A DNA stretch of 64,000 nucleotides from Microbotryum violaceum (lineage: Eukaryota): NCBI GenBank assembly GCA_001244265.2, contig CDLV01000019.1, forward strand, positions 434,001 through 498,000, read 5' to 3'. Below the pieces are notes generated by a model, which was not told where the DNA came from, did not search any database, and saw only the letters and a program-made list of their open reading frames with translations. Shown here piece by piece: positions 62,901 through 64,000 of this stretch. Both the position numbers and the translations under genes were made by a program. How positions within the stretch are numbered: the stretch's first letter is position 1; each line of letters starts with the position of its first letter.

Positions 62901-63524
62901 CGACTTGTTCAATCACGACACTGAGCACCTGCAACACGCCTTCGGTGCTTGTACCAGCCGCTACGACGCGGGTGATGATCTCTAACAACCAGTGATCCCA
63001 TCCCTGATCGAATAGCCTCAGACTGAGACTCGTCAAGGCACTGGCAAGTTTTCTCAAGACGATCCTTTCGCCGACATTGGCCGGTGCTGCTGAGCTACTT
63101 GATGAAGTTGTTGCTGCTGCTGATGATCGCGGATAACTTGCTGCCGCTGATCGGGAAGACCACTCGAGTACTTGTTCTTGGATAAGCTGATGCTGTTCCT
63201 CCGGTAAGGAATCCCAAGCTCGAGCGATTTTGAGTTGAAGTGTCGAAGCAGCGAAGAAACGGACTTGAGTTGGATATGTAGACGACGAGGAGGTTAAGAT
63301 GGGGGAGATCAAGGACCACGAATCGGGGTTGGATTGAATTGTTTGCAGTTGGGCTTGCAGGGAGGTTTGTAAGGACGGTGGGGTGTGGGGTGAGTAGAGT
63401 GTCTCGATCAACTGGGTCGCTTTCACAAGGGAGGGTGAGCGAAGGAGATCGGGCTGAGGATGAGCCGAGGTGCGGTGAGGTATGGACTTGCCTGGCCCAG
63501 CTGCTGGAGGTCATTTTGGGACAT
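59981..63524 (-). CDS. Importin-beta family karyopherin (importin-13/KAP122/transportin-SR-like)
   Basis: IETLYSP...LQTIQSNPDSW...QVRFFAASTLQLKI..WDSLP (IBN_N) followed by HEAT repeats (DLEASLFLL, TALRLIGAYASWF, ENPDLV..F); C-terminal EFALVCRG. Confidence 0.8.
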
Positions 63525-64000
63525 GGTGTGCGGCTGGTCGGGAGAGAGCCAACTCGGTCTAGGGGTGCTCACTGCTCCCTGTGGGGTAAGGGAGAAAGGA
63601 GACAAGAGCGAAGGTCGGCCGGGAGCTGCTCGTGCGACGCGACTCTACGCGACACGCCTGGTGACGTCGGTCGCACCAATCATGTTCGCACCGCAGTCAC
63701 ACCGGAGATACAACTCGGCCAGTGTTAACATCGAGGACCTTGATCGTAGAACTTATTCCCGCTCCCTCTGGCCACCACAGATAGCTGCTTCAGGAAACAA
63801 GTCCCATTTTGGGATTGCACAAAACACACACACCCCTACTCCCTCCTCTCTTCCGAGAAATGCATTAAAAAGGCTCAGCACTCCATCCTCTATCACTCTA
63901 GTCCTTGCACCCGTGTGATCGTTCAATGGTGGTTGCTGAGAGAGAAAGAGAAAGGAGACGGCCTCCGGAGTCAGGATCCACTAGGTCGTACGGAGGGAGC

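Overview
Intron-rich eukaryotic DNA from a basidiomycete fungus; gene content and TE types suggest Pucciniomycotina, possibly Microbotryum-like (inference). Conserved blocks at about 1-38 kb and 53-64 kb carry an SDR, CTK1/CDK12, MED11, PEP4, ALG11, a DUF202 protein, a hybrid histidine kinase, an ENT3-like epsin, TEL2, a GST, MPP6, a SIM-RING ligase, an NTR2/GCFC protein, HSP78, an STB6-like protein and an importin-13-like protein. They also carry an intact secreted pepsin-like gene that has lost both catalytic DTG motifs. An accessory block at about 38.3-53.4 kb holds a decayed Ty1/copia element, LTR remnants, SEC17, an F-box gene plus a pseudogene, and FunK1 kinase fragments. The most striking signal is in this block: three 0.5-0.85 kb fold-back inverted repeats with 25-30 nt loops plus one smaller one, built from copia gag, FunK1 kinase and an unidentified coding sequence. 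Each long repeat lies downstream of a certain or probable minus-strand LTR. This is a candidate natural hairpin-RNA/siRNA silencing locus. Exon boundaries were inferred by hand from GT(GC)-AG sites and frame continuity; no database searches were run.
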